From: Fibrobacterales bacterium
GTDB lineage: Bacteria > Fibrobacterota > Fibrobacteria > Fibrobacterales > JAOPTW01
Length of the DNA stretch: 64,000 bases
Direction of reading: 5' to 3'
Assembly: GCA_051532035.1 (NCBI GenBank)
Contig: JAOPTW010000010.1
Span: 8,382 to 72,381, forward strand
The notes below the pieces were generated by a model that saw nothing but the letters and a program-made list of their open reading frames with translations, searched no databases and was not told the origin of the DNA. How positions within the stretch are numbered: the first letter of the stretch is position 1; each line of letters begins with the position of its first letter. The position numbers and the translations under genes were made by a program. Positions 9,949 to 19,042 of this stretch are shown in pieces.

Positions 9949-10422
9949 CTATTTGATAAATGTAATTTGATTGCGAAGTCTTTGCAATTTTTTATTCCCA
10001 ATACCTTTAACCTCTAATAAATCCTCAGCAGACTCAAAATCACCATTCTCTTCTCTATAAGAGATAATATGTTGAGCCAGTTTTGGCCCAACTCCAGGAA
10101 GCTCGGTCAATGTGAGAGCCGTTGCACTATTAACCTGTATTAGCTTATCGACTCTTTTTTGGGGTTTCTTGACAATTTCATCTATTTTAGAGAGTGAATC
10201 TCCCTTAAAATCCTCGTTTGATCGTGAGGTTACAGTTGAATCACTTTGCCGAAAGGCAAGTCCCTCTCTCGGTGCTTTTACAATAGTTGGCACATAGGTA
10301 CTTTTGACCACCGTAACATCTCCACTATTGGGGGCATACCAGGTTCGATACACCCGAGTCCCAATACCAATGGAAAAGAATACCGCTGCCAAAATGAGGG
10401 CTTTTTTCTCTAATGAAGTCAA
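9949..10422 (-). CDS. comEA: ComEA family helix-hairpin-helix DNA-binding protein
   Basis: N-terminal TM; VNSATALTLTELPGVGPKLAQHIISYRE..GDF....LLEVKGIG. Confidence 0.88.
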   Translation of the reverse strand: MTSLEKKALILAAVFFSIGIGTRVYRTWYAPNSGDVTVVKSTYVPTIVKAPREGLAFRQSDSTVTSRSNEDFKGDSLSKIDEIVKKPQKRVDKLIQVNSATALTLTELPGVGPKLAQHIISYREENGDFESAEDLLEVKGIGNKKLQRLRNQITFIK

Positions 10423-10434
10423 GTAATCTCTCTT

Positions 10435-12066
10435 TTAGCTATTTGCTGATTTAAGCAAGTTTAGAAAAAGAGGTGATGGATTTATAAGGCTCGATGTCAA
10501 CTCTGGGTGAAATTGACACGCCATAAAATATTTATGACCTGGAATCTCCATAATTTGCATAATATCTTCTTTCGCTGCTTTACCAGAAAAGAACAGTCCC
10601 GCTTCTTCAAGCTCAGGGACATATTGAGGATTCACTTCATAACGGTGGCGGAAACGAGCACGGGTAAAGTCAGACCCATAGACCTCCTCAGCGCGTGACC
10701 CTTTGGTTATGAGTACGTCTTGCCCACCAAGACGCATAGTAGCGCCCATATCTTTGATATTCTCTTGCCCTGGTAAGAAACCAATAATTGGCGCTTTGAC
10801 CGTAAAGCCATCTCTTTCAGATTCAATAGTTCCTGCACCATCAATCTTAGCGACGTTTCGAGCATACTCGACCACGGCAAGCTGCATACCATAGCATATT
10901 CCAAGGAATGGTAAATTATTTTCACGAGCATACTTAATGAGGGTAATTTTTCCTTCAGAACCTCTATATCCAAAACCACCAGGAACAATTATCCCATCAA
11001 CACCTTGGAGTACCTGTTTAGGGTCAAGCTTTTTCGTATCTACTTCTTCAGTGTCAATCCACTTAATCTTTGCCTTAAGGTCGAGATGAGCAGCCCCATG
11101 ATTAATAGACTCTACTACTGATGCATAGGAGTCTTCGAGGGAAGTATATTTACCACAAATTGCAATGGTCAATTCTTTACGTGGATTTTCGTTATTACGG
11201 TTAATATTATCAACTAATTGCCCCCACTCTTCGAGCTCTGGTGGAGCGTACAGACGGAGTTTTTCAGTAATTATCTCTGGAATACCCTCTTTTACATAGA
11301 TCATCGGTACTTCGTAGACATTAGAAACATCAACCCCCGAAATAACATGACTTGCATCGAGATTACAAAAGAGACCGATTTTCTTTTTAATATGCGGATC
11401 AAGATACTCAGAACAACGCGCAACAATAATATCTGGATAGATACCATGGGCATTGAGATCTTTTACGGACATCTGTGTTGGTTTAGATTTCTGTTCGTTC
11501 ACACCGCTTGGAATAGGCACATATGTAAGGTGGACAAAAAGAATATTTTCAGATCCTACATCGTGTTGAAGCTGACGAACTGCTTCGAGATAAAATTGGT
11601 TTTCGAGGTCACCTACTGTACCGCCAACTTCAATCATCACAATATCAGCTTCTTCATCATTAGCAATTTCAAAGAATTTCGATTTTATAAGGTCGGTTAC
11701 ATGAGGAATAAATTGAACGGTTTGACCAAGGAAGTAGCCTTCACGCTCTTTATCCATAATTTCTTTAAAAATTTTACCCATAGTGAGGTTTTGTTTGAAT
11801 TTCGCATTCACCTGCATGTAGCGTTCATAGTGACCAAAATCCATGTCCACTTCACCACCATCATCAAGTACAAATACTTCACCGTGCTCTGTAGGGTTCA
11901 TTGTACCAGGGTCAGTATTGAGATAGCCATCACATTTGATAGGCACGACTTTTCGACGCCCCGAAAGAATGGCCCCTATTGATGCTGTAGTAATCCCTTT
12001 TCCAAGGCCTGACAACACACCACCTGTGACAACAATAAACTTTGTTTTGTTATTATATATACTCAT
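10435..12066 (-). CDS. pyrG: CTP synthase
   Basis: VTGGVLSGLGKG, GHYER, EQKSKPTQ, GICYGMQ, RHRYE, QFHPE. Confidence 0.97.
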   Translation of the reverse strand: MSIYNNKTKFIVVTGGVLSGLGKGITTASIGAILSGRRKVVPIKCDGYLNTDPGTMNPTEHGEVFVLDDGGEVDMDFGHYERYMQVNAKFKQNLTMGKIFKEIMDKEREGYFLGQTVQFIPHVTDLIKSKFFEIANDEEADIVMIEVGGTVGDLENQFYLEAVRQLQHDVGSENILFVHLTYVPIPSGVNEQKSKPTQMSVKDLNAHGIYPDIIVARCSEYLDPHIKKKIGLFCNLDASHVISGVDVSNVYEVPMIYVKEGIPEIITEKLRLYAPPELEEWGQLVDNINRNNENPRKELTIAICGKYTSLEDSYASVVESINHGAAHLDLKAKIKWIDTEEVDTKKLDPKQVLQGVDGIIVPGGFGYRGSEGKITLIKYARENNLPFLGICYGMQLAVVEYARNVAKIDGAGTIESERDGFTVKAPIIGFLPGQENIKDMGATMRLGGQDVLITKGSRAEEVYGSDFTRARFRHRYEVNPQYVPELEEAGLFFSGKAAKEDIMQIMEIPGHKYFMACQFHPELTSSLINPSPLFLNLLKSANS

Positions 12067-12077
12067 ATCTGTTCCTG

Positions 12078-12800
12078 TTACTGCGTTACCAATTGTGCAT
12101 ACCGAGTGGCAAAAATATCTTCAACAATCGCTATATCTTCTGGAATATCAACAGAATGCGACTCATGCTCAACTAGCTCGACCTTTATTTTTGTTTCGGG
12201 AAAAATTCTCAATTGCTCTAATGATAGTAATTTTTCAGCTTCTGACTGCGGAGAAGCCGAAAAATTTTGGAGGGTTTTTAAGGTATACCCATAGATACCT
12301 TTGTGCTTATACATTTTTGCATTTTTACACTCAGGAAGCCTTAAAAAATGAGTCGCAAAGCCATTTTCATCCACCATAACCTTGACAACACTCGGTACTT
12401 CAAGGAATTTATCATGAAGGGGGACTGCAGCAGTTACCCAACCTTCGGGATGGGTAGAAAGTGATTCACAGAGAAGAGGAAAAATTGATGGATCCACAAC
12501 GGGCTCATCTCCTTGCAAATTGATGATGGCCTCCAACTCAAGTGTTTCTGCCGCTTCTAATACACGATCAGAGCCAGTTTCACACTGGCCCTTACTTATG
12601 TAAGCCTCATATCCCTCAGCAATTACAAGAGATGCTATCTCTTTGGAATCTGTTGCACATATAATTCGCTCAAAACAACCAGCTTCATATGCACGATCAA
12701 GAGTGTGTAATATCATTGCTCTTTCACAGATGAGAGCAAGAGGCTTAGAGGGAAAGCGAGTTGAGCCGATGCGTGCCGGAACAACGCAACTAACCTGCAC
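12078..12800 (-). CDS. kdsB: 3-deoxy-manno-octulosonate cytidylyltransferase
   Basis: PARIGSTRFPSKPL, TGSDR, NLQGDEP, LEQLR; kdsB-pyrG synteny. Confidence 0.92.
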   Translation of the reverse strand: MQVSCVVPARIGSTRFPSKPLALICERAMILHTLDRAYEAGCFERIICATDSKEIASLVIAEGYEAYISKGQCETGSDRVLEAAETLELEAIINLQGDEPVVDPSIFPLLCESLSTHPEGWVTAAVPLHDKFLEVPSVVKVMVDENGFATHFLRLPECKNAKMYKHKGIYGYTLKTLQNFSASPQSEAEKLLSLEQLRIFPETKIKVELVEHESHSVDIPEDIAIVEDIFATRYAQLVTQ

Positions 12801-12802
12801 TA

Positions 12803-13087
12803 TTAACCAATAACCTTTGGAATGGTAAAGTGATCTTGGCCAGTGGCAGGTGCATTTTTAAATGCCTCTTCGCGACTGAGTGACACTCCTGGGACATCTG
12901 GTCTAAGATCTGTAACGTGATCATCAACCCGTGTCATAGGCTCTACATTCGCAAGGTCAAGCTCTTGGAGCTCATCCATATAGCCAACGAGTTTTTCAAG
13001 GTGTTTTTTATATCCTTCAATCTCATTTTCTTTAATAGCAATACGTGAAAGCTTTCCGAGTCTGAGTACATCTTCATTGGTTATCAT
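12803..13087 (-). CDS. gatC: Asp/Glu-tRNA amidotransferase subunit C
   Basis: ITNEDVLRLGKLSRI, LRPD, NAP...FTIPKVI. Confidence 0.93.
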   Translation of the reverse strand: MITNEDVLRLGKLSRIAIKENEIEGYKKHLEKLVGYMDELQELDLANVEPMTRVDDHVTDLRPDVPGVSLSREEAFKNAPATGQDHFTIPKVIG

Positions 13088-13088
13088 C

Positions 13089-15539
13089 TTAGCCCTGTAC
13101 TATTTGTAGGTTTGCATATTTCAAAATTAGTTTCTTAGTGGTACCGCTCTTAAAAGCAACTTCAACTTTAGAACTCTCCGTTTGTCCTTCGCACGCTTTA
13201 ATGACGCCAAGACCAAACTTAGGATGGGTCACTTTGCACCCTACATCCAAATATACACTTTCCTGAGAAAAGTCGTCAAAACTCTGAGAGGTTTTTTTCT
13301 TTCTTAAACTACTATTTACACTTGGTGAGCCGGCACTACTATTTGAGAGCCGTGAAGCCCCAAACCCACCAGAAGTTGGGGTACTTTTTTTACTGTACCC
13401 ACCCGACGCGCCCGAGCCCCCCGAATAACCGCCAGAACCATAGGATTTGCTTTTATATGAGCTGCCGCTATATCCACTGCCACCCGATGAACCCCCGTAG
13501 GATCCCCCTGCTTTAGATTTCCAAGCAGGTTTCCCGACTGACGCATACGATTGACGCGGCATTCCACCGGCAAAATCTATCTCATCCAATACATTTTCAT
13601 CAATTTCACCTAAAAATCTGCTGGGCTGAAATACTTCGTCGCGACCGTACATTTTCCTACATCGCGCCGAATAGAGATTCAAAGACTCTTGAGCTCGAGT
13701 CATGCCTACATAAAAAAGCCGGCGTTCCTCTTCGACCTCACTATCATCATCACCACGGCTCATGGGGAGCAGTTTTTCATCACAGCCTGCAATATAAACA
13801 TGAGGGAACTCGAGCCCTTTTGCTGCGTGAAGGGTCATAAGCTTAATAGATTGAGCACCCTCTTCTGCGAGATCTACACTGGTGAGCAGTGATGCCTCTT
13901 GCAAATACTGATCTAATGAAGCCCCCGGCTGATGTTCTTCAAATTCGACAACAGCATTGAGCAATTCAGCAATATTTTTGAGACGTTCTTCTGACTCTGG
14001 ACTATTTTCTTCGACTAGAGCTGATTTGTAGCCCGTGTCGGTAATCACTTTTTCTACAAGTATCGGGAGCGGTTCAATTCCCATGAGCGATTTAAAATCT
14101 TCGATAAGTTCTGCAAACGCTTTTAACTTTGCTGCTGTAGCTTTTCGTTCAATAATAGTGTCACAATCCATTATAGCCTGATACATACCTGAACCAGCTT
14201 GTCGACCAGCCTGCTTTACCTTATCAATAGTACCTGGTCCAATGCCTCGACGGGGAACATTAATAATTCTTTCGAGTGAAATCTCATCGAGTGGATTTGC
14301 AAGAAACCTCAAATAGGCTAAAATGTCTTTAACCTCTTTGCGATCATAAAAACGTGTCCCCCCAATAATAGTACAGGGGATTTTGCTCCGATTCATCTGT
14401 TCTTCGAGAACTCGAGACTGTGAATTGGTCCGATAAAATACCGCAACATCAGAGTATTTTTCTGAGCCAAGACCTTTCACCGCTGATGCAATATACTGAG
14501 CTTCAGCTCGTTCATCACCCACTTTAATGAGTTGAATTTTGTCGCCATCCTCTTTTTCAGAGAAAACATTTTTTTTAAACTCTTCGGTTCTGATATTGTT
14601 TCGAATAAGAGTGTTTGCCCCATGTACTATGTTTCGTGAAGAACGATAATTCTGTTCGAGCTTAACTATTTTTACATTTTTAAAGTCAGTACTAAATCGA
14701 CGAATAATGCTGATATCCGCACCACGCCATCCATAGATACTCTGGTCATCATCCCCTACTACTGTTACATTGGGTGAAGTCCCCACCCCTGAAGTGAGCA
14801 ATTTAATAAGGTCAAATTGGACCGGATTAGTATCTTGGTATTCATCTACGAAAAAGTACTCAAATCGACTGCGATACTGTTCACGAACGACATCATTTCG
14901 CTTTAAAAGTTGCACTGTCACATTGAGTAGGTCATCAAAATCCAATGCATTGTTCTCTTTGAGTGCATTTTGATACTGTAAATACATTTTAGCGATTTCT
15001 TTCTCATCCGCATATTCTGCCGAAGCAACTGCTTCTTCCGGCCCCATTGCTTTATTTTTCCAATTCGATATATAAGAACGGATGCGCTTTACTTTAGATG
15101 CCTCAGCATCCATCTCTAATTTTTTGAAAATCTCTTTAAAAATCCGCTTTTGATCGGAATCATCATAGATACTAAAATTGCGGGTTAAGCTTCCAACGCC
15201 CACTGAAAGGTCGGGTTGCTTTGGCAGACTATATCTAAGAATTCTCACACAAATACTGTGAAAGGTTCCCATCCAATCAAAAGGGAGGTCATCTTCAAGA
15301 AGTTTTGCTAAACGTTCTTTCATCTCTCCCGCGGCTTTATTGGTAAAGGTTACCGCAAGAATTTTATAGGCGGGAATTTTGTAATGAGATACTAAGTGAG
15401 CAATTTTATAGGTGACTACTCGCGTTTTACCCGACCCTGCCCCTGCAAGAATAAGTTGGGGATTATCTACATTGATAGCAGCTTTTCTTTGAACTTCATT
15501 TAGTTCTTTTTCGAGTACGGAAGCGTCAATAATTTTCAT
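13089..15539 (-). CDS. uvrD: UvrD/PcrA ATP-dependent DNA helicase
   Basis: AGAGSGKT, DEYQDTN, VGDDDQSIYGWRGA, LEQNYRS, TLHAAKGLEF, EERRLFYVGMTRA; Gly/Ser linker then C-terminal Tudor-like domain (VTHPKFGLG). Confidence 0.95.
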   Translation of the reverse strand: MKIIDASVLEKELNEVQRKAAINVDNPQLILAGAGSGKTRVVTYKIAHLVSHYKIPAYKILAVTFTNKAAGEMKERLAKLLEDDLPFDWMGTFHSICVRILRYSLPKQPDLSVGVGSLTRNFSIYDDSDQKRIFKEIFKKLEMDAEASKVKRIRSYISNWKNKAMGPEEAVASAEYADEKEIAKMYLQYQNALKENNALDFDDLLNVTVQLLKRNDVVREQYRSRFEYFFVDEYQDTNPVQFDLIKLLTSGVGTSPNVTVVGDDDQSIYGWRGADISIIRRFSTDFKNVKIVKLEQNYRSSRNIVHGANTLIRNNIRTEEFKKNVFSEKEDGDKIQLIKVGDERAEAQYIASAVKGLGSEKYSDVAVFYRTNSQSRVLEEQMNRSKIPCTIIGGTRFYDRKEVKDILAYLRFLANPLDEISLERIINVPRRGIGPGTIDKVKQAGRQAGSGMYQAIMDCDTIIERKATAAKLKAFAELIEDFKSLMGIEPLPILVEKVITDTGYKSALVEENSPESEERLKNIAELLNAVVEFEEHQPGASLDQYLQEASLLTSVDLAEEGAQSIKLMTLHAAKGLEFPHVYIAGCDEKLLPMSRGDDDSEVEEERRLFYVGMTRAQESLNLYSARCRKMYGRDEVFQPSRFLGEIDENVLDEIDFAGGMPRQSYASVGKPAWKSKAGGSYGGSSGGSGYSGSSYKSKSYGSGGYSGGSGASGGYSKKSTPTSGGFGASRLSNSSAGSPSVNSSLRKKKTSQSFDDFSQESVYLDVGCKVTHPKFGLGVIKACEGQTESSKVEVAFKSGTTKKLILKYANLQIVQG

Positions 15540-15598
15540 AAAACCTTGTCTGAGGGCGTGAGTTGATAATTGAAAGGATGTATAATCCTACAAACATT

Positions 15599-15606
15599 CA
15601 AATGTA
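15599..15606 (-). promoter_or_regulatory. TAnnTTTG-type promoter box (TACATTTG) upstream of uvrD
   Basis: Exact match 60 nt upstream of the uvrD start. Confidence 0.4.
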
Positions 15607-15730
15607 ATTATTGGGGGAGAATCTTGGGTGAAAGATTACCTTGAAAGTGCTTCACTGGATGGAATTTTTATCACCATTGGCAGAGAGTAACAATTCCATT
15701 CAATTTAAAAATGATACTAGTTGTTATAAA

Positions 15731-16135
15731 TCAAGGAGTTAGCTCTTGTTTCTTGGGTAAACTCATATTTCTATTCACTAGAGCAGAATCTATTGAATCA
15801 AAAACATCGATACCATGACCCTGTATGAGAACTCTCCCTTTCTCAAAGAGAACAATAGATGAAGAGCCACTTTTCCCATAGAGCCCCCATATTTCTGGAT
15901 ACTGACTTGGGGTAACCTCAAATAAGGCAATATCTTTTGCTTTGAAACGAGCAATCATCATCTCCATGAGCAAAGAAAGCTCTTTGTCATTACTACTATT
16001 GATATTAAATGAGACAATTACCGGCCGAGAATTTTTTATTGCAGCAGCAACAACCTCTTCTTTAAGAGTCAATTCTTTTTGACAAGCAACAATGAGAACA
16101 AATAATAGACAGATATACACAGTGATATTTTTCAT
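15731..16135 (-). CDS. Hypothetical lipoprotein (possibly thioredoxin-like fold without CxxC)
   Basis: Signal peptide ending in lipobox-like IVAC; RPVIVSF and SIVLFEKG resemble thioredoxin-fold strands. Confidence 0.6.
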   Translation of the reverse strand: MKNITVYICLLFVLIVACQKELTLKEEVVAAAIKNSRPVIVSFNINSSNDKELSLLMEMMIARFKAKDIALFEVTPSQYPEIWGLYGKSGSSSIVLFEKGRVLIQGHGIDVFDSIDSALVNRNMSLPKKQELTP

Positions 16136-16236
16136 TTTTACTTAAGCTGTAAGTTACTGGAAATAAAAATAACACCATACTACAGTATTAGGAATACCCT
16201 ATTTATAGCATTTGACATTTGGAGAACAAAGAAATA

Positions 16237-16265
16237 AAAAGCGACCTGAAATACAGGTCGCTTTT
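16237..16265. terminator. Rho-independent terminator after groEL
   Basis: AAAAGCGACCTG-AAATA-CAGGTCGCTTTT perfect inverted repeat. Confidence 0.85.
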
Positions 16266-16288
16266 AAAAAGTGTCAGTAAGCAATATC

Positions 16289-17938
16289 TTACATCATGCC
16301 TGGCATTCCGCCACCCATTCCACCCATTCCGCCACCCATTGCGCCCATATCTGGACCCTTCTCATCTGGAAGGTCACAAATAACACAATCAGTAGTAAGA
16401 ATCATGGTTGCAGCAGAGGCCGCATTTTGAATTGCAGATTTTGTCACTTTAGCTGGGTCAATAACACCCGCCTTAATGAGATCTTCATATTTATCAGTTT
16501 TTGCATTGTATCCAAAAGCACCCTTGCCCTCTTTTACTTTATTGACAACTACTGAACCTTCAAGGCCTGCATTTTCAACAATCTGACGAAGCGGGGCTTC
16601 AATTGCACGAATGACAATATTTGCACCTGTTTTTTGATCTTCGTTTTCGAATTCGAGTTTATTAATCGCTGGAATAGTTCTCAGAAGAGCAACACCACCA
16701 CCTGCAACAATGCCTTCTTCGACTGCTGCACGAGTTGCATGAAGCGCATCTTCAACACGATCTTTTTTCTCTTTCATCTCTACTTCAGTAGCCGCACCAA
16801 CATTGATTACTGCTACACCAGCGCCAAGTTTAGCCATACGCTCTTGAAGTTTTTCACGATCGTAGTCAGAAGAAGTTTCTTGAATTTGATTTTTAATTTG
16901 AGCAACACGATCTTTAATTGCTTTGTGTGATCCAGCGCCTTCAACAACAGTTGTATTATCTTTATCGATAGTGATGTTCTTTGCAGACCCGAGCATATCA
17001 AGAGTAACATCTTCGAGTTTTGCACCCATCTCTTCTGAACAGATCTGAGCATTAGTAAGAATAGCAATATCTTCGAGCATTGCTTTACGACGATCACCAA
17101 AACCAGGAGCTTTAATCGCTGCAACTTTGAGAGTACCGCGAAGCTTGTTCACAATAAGTGTTGCAAGCGCTTCACCTTCAACATCTTCAGCAATAATTAG
17201 AAGTGATTTACCTGATTTTGATACACCTTCTAGTACCGGAAGAAGATCTTTCATGTTAGAAATTTTCTTATCGTAAATAAGGATAAATGGGTTTTCCATG
17301 TTTACGAGCATTTTAGCAGAGTCGGTTGCAAAATACGGTGAAAGATACCCACGGTCAAACTGCATACCTTCAACAACTTCGAGTGTTGTTTCAGCTGTTT
17401 TTGACTCTTCAATAGTTATGACACCATCAGTTCCTACTTTGTCCATTGCATTTGCAATGAGAGCACCGATTTCAACATCATTGTTTGCCGAGATAGAAGC
17501 CACTTGTGCAATATCACCCGTTCCATTTACCTTTTTAGACTTTTTCGTAATTTCTGTCACGATAGTTTCAACAGCTTTGTCGATACCACGTTTAAGGTCC
17601 ATTGGATTTGCACCAGCAGTTACGTTTTTAAAGCCCTCTTTTGCAATCGCATGAGTAAGAACTGTTGCGGTTGTTGTTCCATCACCTGCGATATCAGATG
17701 TTTTAGATGCAACTTCACGCACCATTTGTGCACCCATATTTTCTGCATTATCTTCGAGTTCAATATCTTTAGCAACAGTAACACCATCTTTTGTTACCGC
17801 AGGAGCGCCGAATGATTTTGACATCATTACAGTACGACCTTTAGGACCAAGAGTAACTTTTACTGCGTTTGCAAGTTTTTCTGCGCCAGCGAGAAGTGCA
17901 CTACGTGCCGCTGCATCAAATTTTAAATCTTTTGCCAT
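16289..17938 (-). CDS. groL: Chaperonin GroEL
   Basis: [28 protein letters not shown]-repeat tail. Confidence 0.99.
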   Translation of the reverse strand: MAKDLKFDAAARSALLAGAEKLANAVKVTLGPKGRTVMMSKSFGAPAVTKDGVTVAKDIELEDNAENMGAQMVREVASKTSDIAGDGTTTATVLTHAIAKEGFKNVTAGANPMDLKRGIDKAVETIVTEITKKSKKVNGTGDIAQVASISANNDVEIGALIANAMDKVGTDGVITIEESKTAETTLEVVEGMQFDRGYLSPYFATDSAKMLVNMENPFILIYDKKISNMKDLLPVLEGVSKSGKSLLIIAEDVEGEALATLIVNKLRGTLKVAAIKAPGFGDRRKAMLEDIAILTNAQICSEEMGAKLEDVTLDMLGSAKNITIDKDNTTVVEGAGSHKAIKDRVAQIKNQIQETSSDYDREKLQERMAKLGAGVAVINVGAATEVEMKEKKDRVEDALHATRAAVEEGIVAGGGVALLRTIPAINKLEFENEDQKTGANIVIRAIEAPLRQIVENAGLEGSVVVNKVKEGKGAFGYNAKTDKYEDLIKAGVIDPAKVTKSAIQNAASAATMILTTDCVICDLPDEKGPDMGAMGGGMGGMGGGMPGMM

Positions 17939-17961
17939 TGTTCTTACCTTTCTTCCTTAAA

Positions 17962-18252
17962 TTATTTACCAATTTTCGCTAAAATATCTGATTCACGCAT
18001 GATAAGGTATTTTTTACTACCATCTTCAATTTCAGTACCCGCATACTTTCCGTATAGTACTACATCACCTTTCTTAAGCTCTGGAGCAATAAGCTCTCCA
18101 TTGTCAGCAGTCTTTCCTGGTCCTACTGCAACAACTTTACCTTGGGCGGGTTTTTCTTTTGCATTATCAGGAATGTAGAGTCCGCCTGCTGTTTTTTCTT
18201 CAGCTTCTACTTGTTCTAGAACTACTCTATCTGCGAGTGGTTGAATTGCCAT
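17962..18252 (-). CDS. groS: Co-chaperonin GroES
   Basis: [28 protein letters not shown]. Confidence 0.99.
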   Translation of the reverse strand: MAIQPLADRVVLEQVEAEEKTAGGLYIPDNAKEKPAQGKVVAVGPGKTADNGELIAPELKKGDVVLYGKYAGTEIEDGSKKYLIMRESDILAKIGK

Positions 18253-18299
18253 GGATATTCTCCTATTTCAGGTTTTTAATACGTTTTACCTTCGAAAAT

Positions 18300-18315
18300 A
18301 GCAACATACGTGCCA
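18300..18315 (-). promoter_or_regulatory. Sigma-54 (-24/-12) promoter for groES-groEL
   Basis: Minus strand TGGCACG-TATG-TTGCT is an exact match to TGGCACG-N4-TTGCW, 47 nt upstream of the groES ATG. Confidence 0.75.
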
Positions 18316-18465
18316 CATCGTCTTTATTTGGTTTAAAGGATAGTTTAAATAGATCGTCTTCACAGTGTGTTTCATAATAAAACACCTTCGAATAAACAAA
18401 AAAAATCGGCAATTCCAATATGAAACACCTGTGGTTTTTTAAAAGTATTATTTATACTTAAACCT

Positions 18466-18828
18466 ATGGCAGGAGCAAAATATACTATAGACTTACAGTG
18501 GGATGACGATGAAAAAAAATACATCGCCACCTCCCCTCAGCACCCAGAGTGCGTTGCAGTTGGAATAACTAAACCTGAAGCACGTCGAAAACTCGATATT
18601 GCTATCGAAAATTGGCTCAAAGCTATACGAAGTCAGGCAAGTAAAACCAAGGGACTTAAAATTGGATACACTCGTGCATCCTTTATCGTACAAGAAAATC
18701 TACTCGATCAACTGAAACTCTATGCTTCAATTGAAGATATCTCGATGAAAGAAGCTCTAGAGAACAGTATGAAATATTTTCTAAAATCGAAAAAAGTCCA
18801 GAAAGTCATTAACTCTCAAGAAGATTAA
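18466..18828 (+). CDS. HicB-like antitoxin domain fused to a ribbon-helix-helix domain (orphan)
   Basis: YTIDLQWDDDEKKYIATSPQHPECVAVGITKPEA (HicB N-terminus); TRASFIVQENLLDQLKLYA..ISMKEAL (RHH-like). Confidence 0.75.
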   Translation: MAGAKYTIDLQWDDDEKKYIATSPQHPECVAVGITKPEARRKLDIAIENWLKAIRSQASKTKGLKIGYTRASFIVQENLLDQLKLYASIEDISMKEALENSMKYFLKSKKVQKVINSQED

Positions 18829-19042
18829 GCGATTAAGCCACTCTCATTGATTTGCTAAAATAACTCAAGACTACAAAAAGGATAACGTATCAAAATATTA
18901 TACGCTATTCGTAGCTAATACCCTTATTTTACAAAGAGATAAGCAATTGACATAGACTATTATACTAATTTTTAGCACTATCTATCACAATATACTTTGC
19001 CTCAAAAACTCTGTTACGGTATCTTTAGGAGGAACTTAACCT

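Noticed and set aside
13250..13560. GC-richer Gly/Ser/Tyr-rich stretch in uvrD and overlapping short ORFs
   Set aside because: Ordinary disordered linker before the C-terminal Tudor-like domain; the overlapping ORFs are frame shadows.
16295..16345. CCCATTCCGCCA-like tandem repeats
   Set aside because: They encode the normal GGM tail of GroEL.
18972..18998. CIRCE half-site TTAGCACT
   Set aside because: No matching GAGTGCTAA arm at 9-nt spacing, and it lies beyond the hicB-like gene, far from groES.
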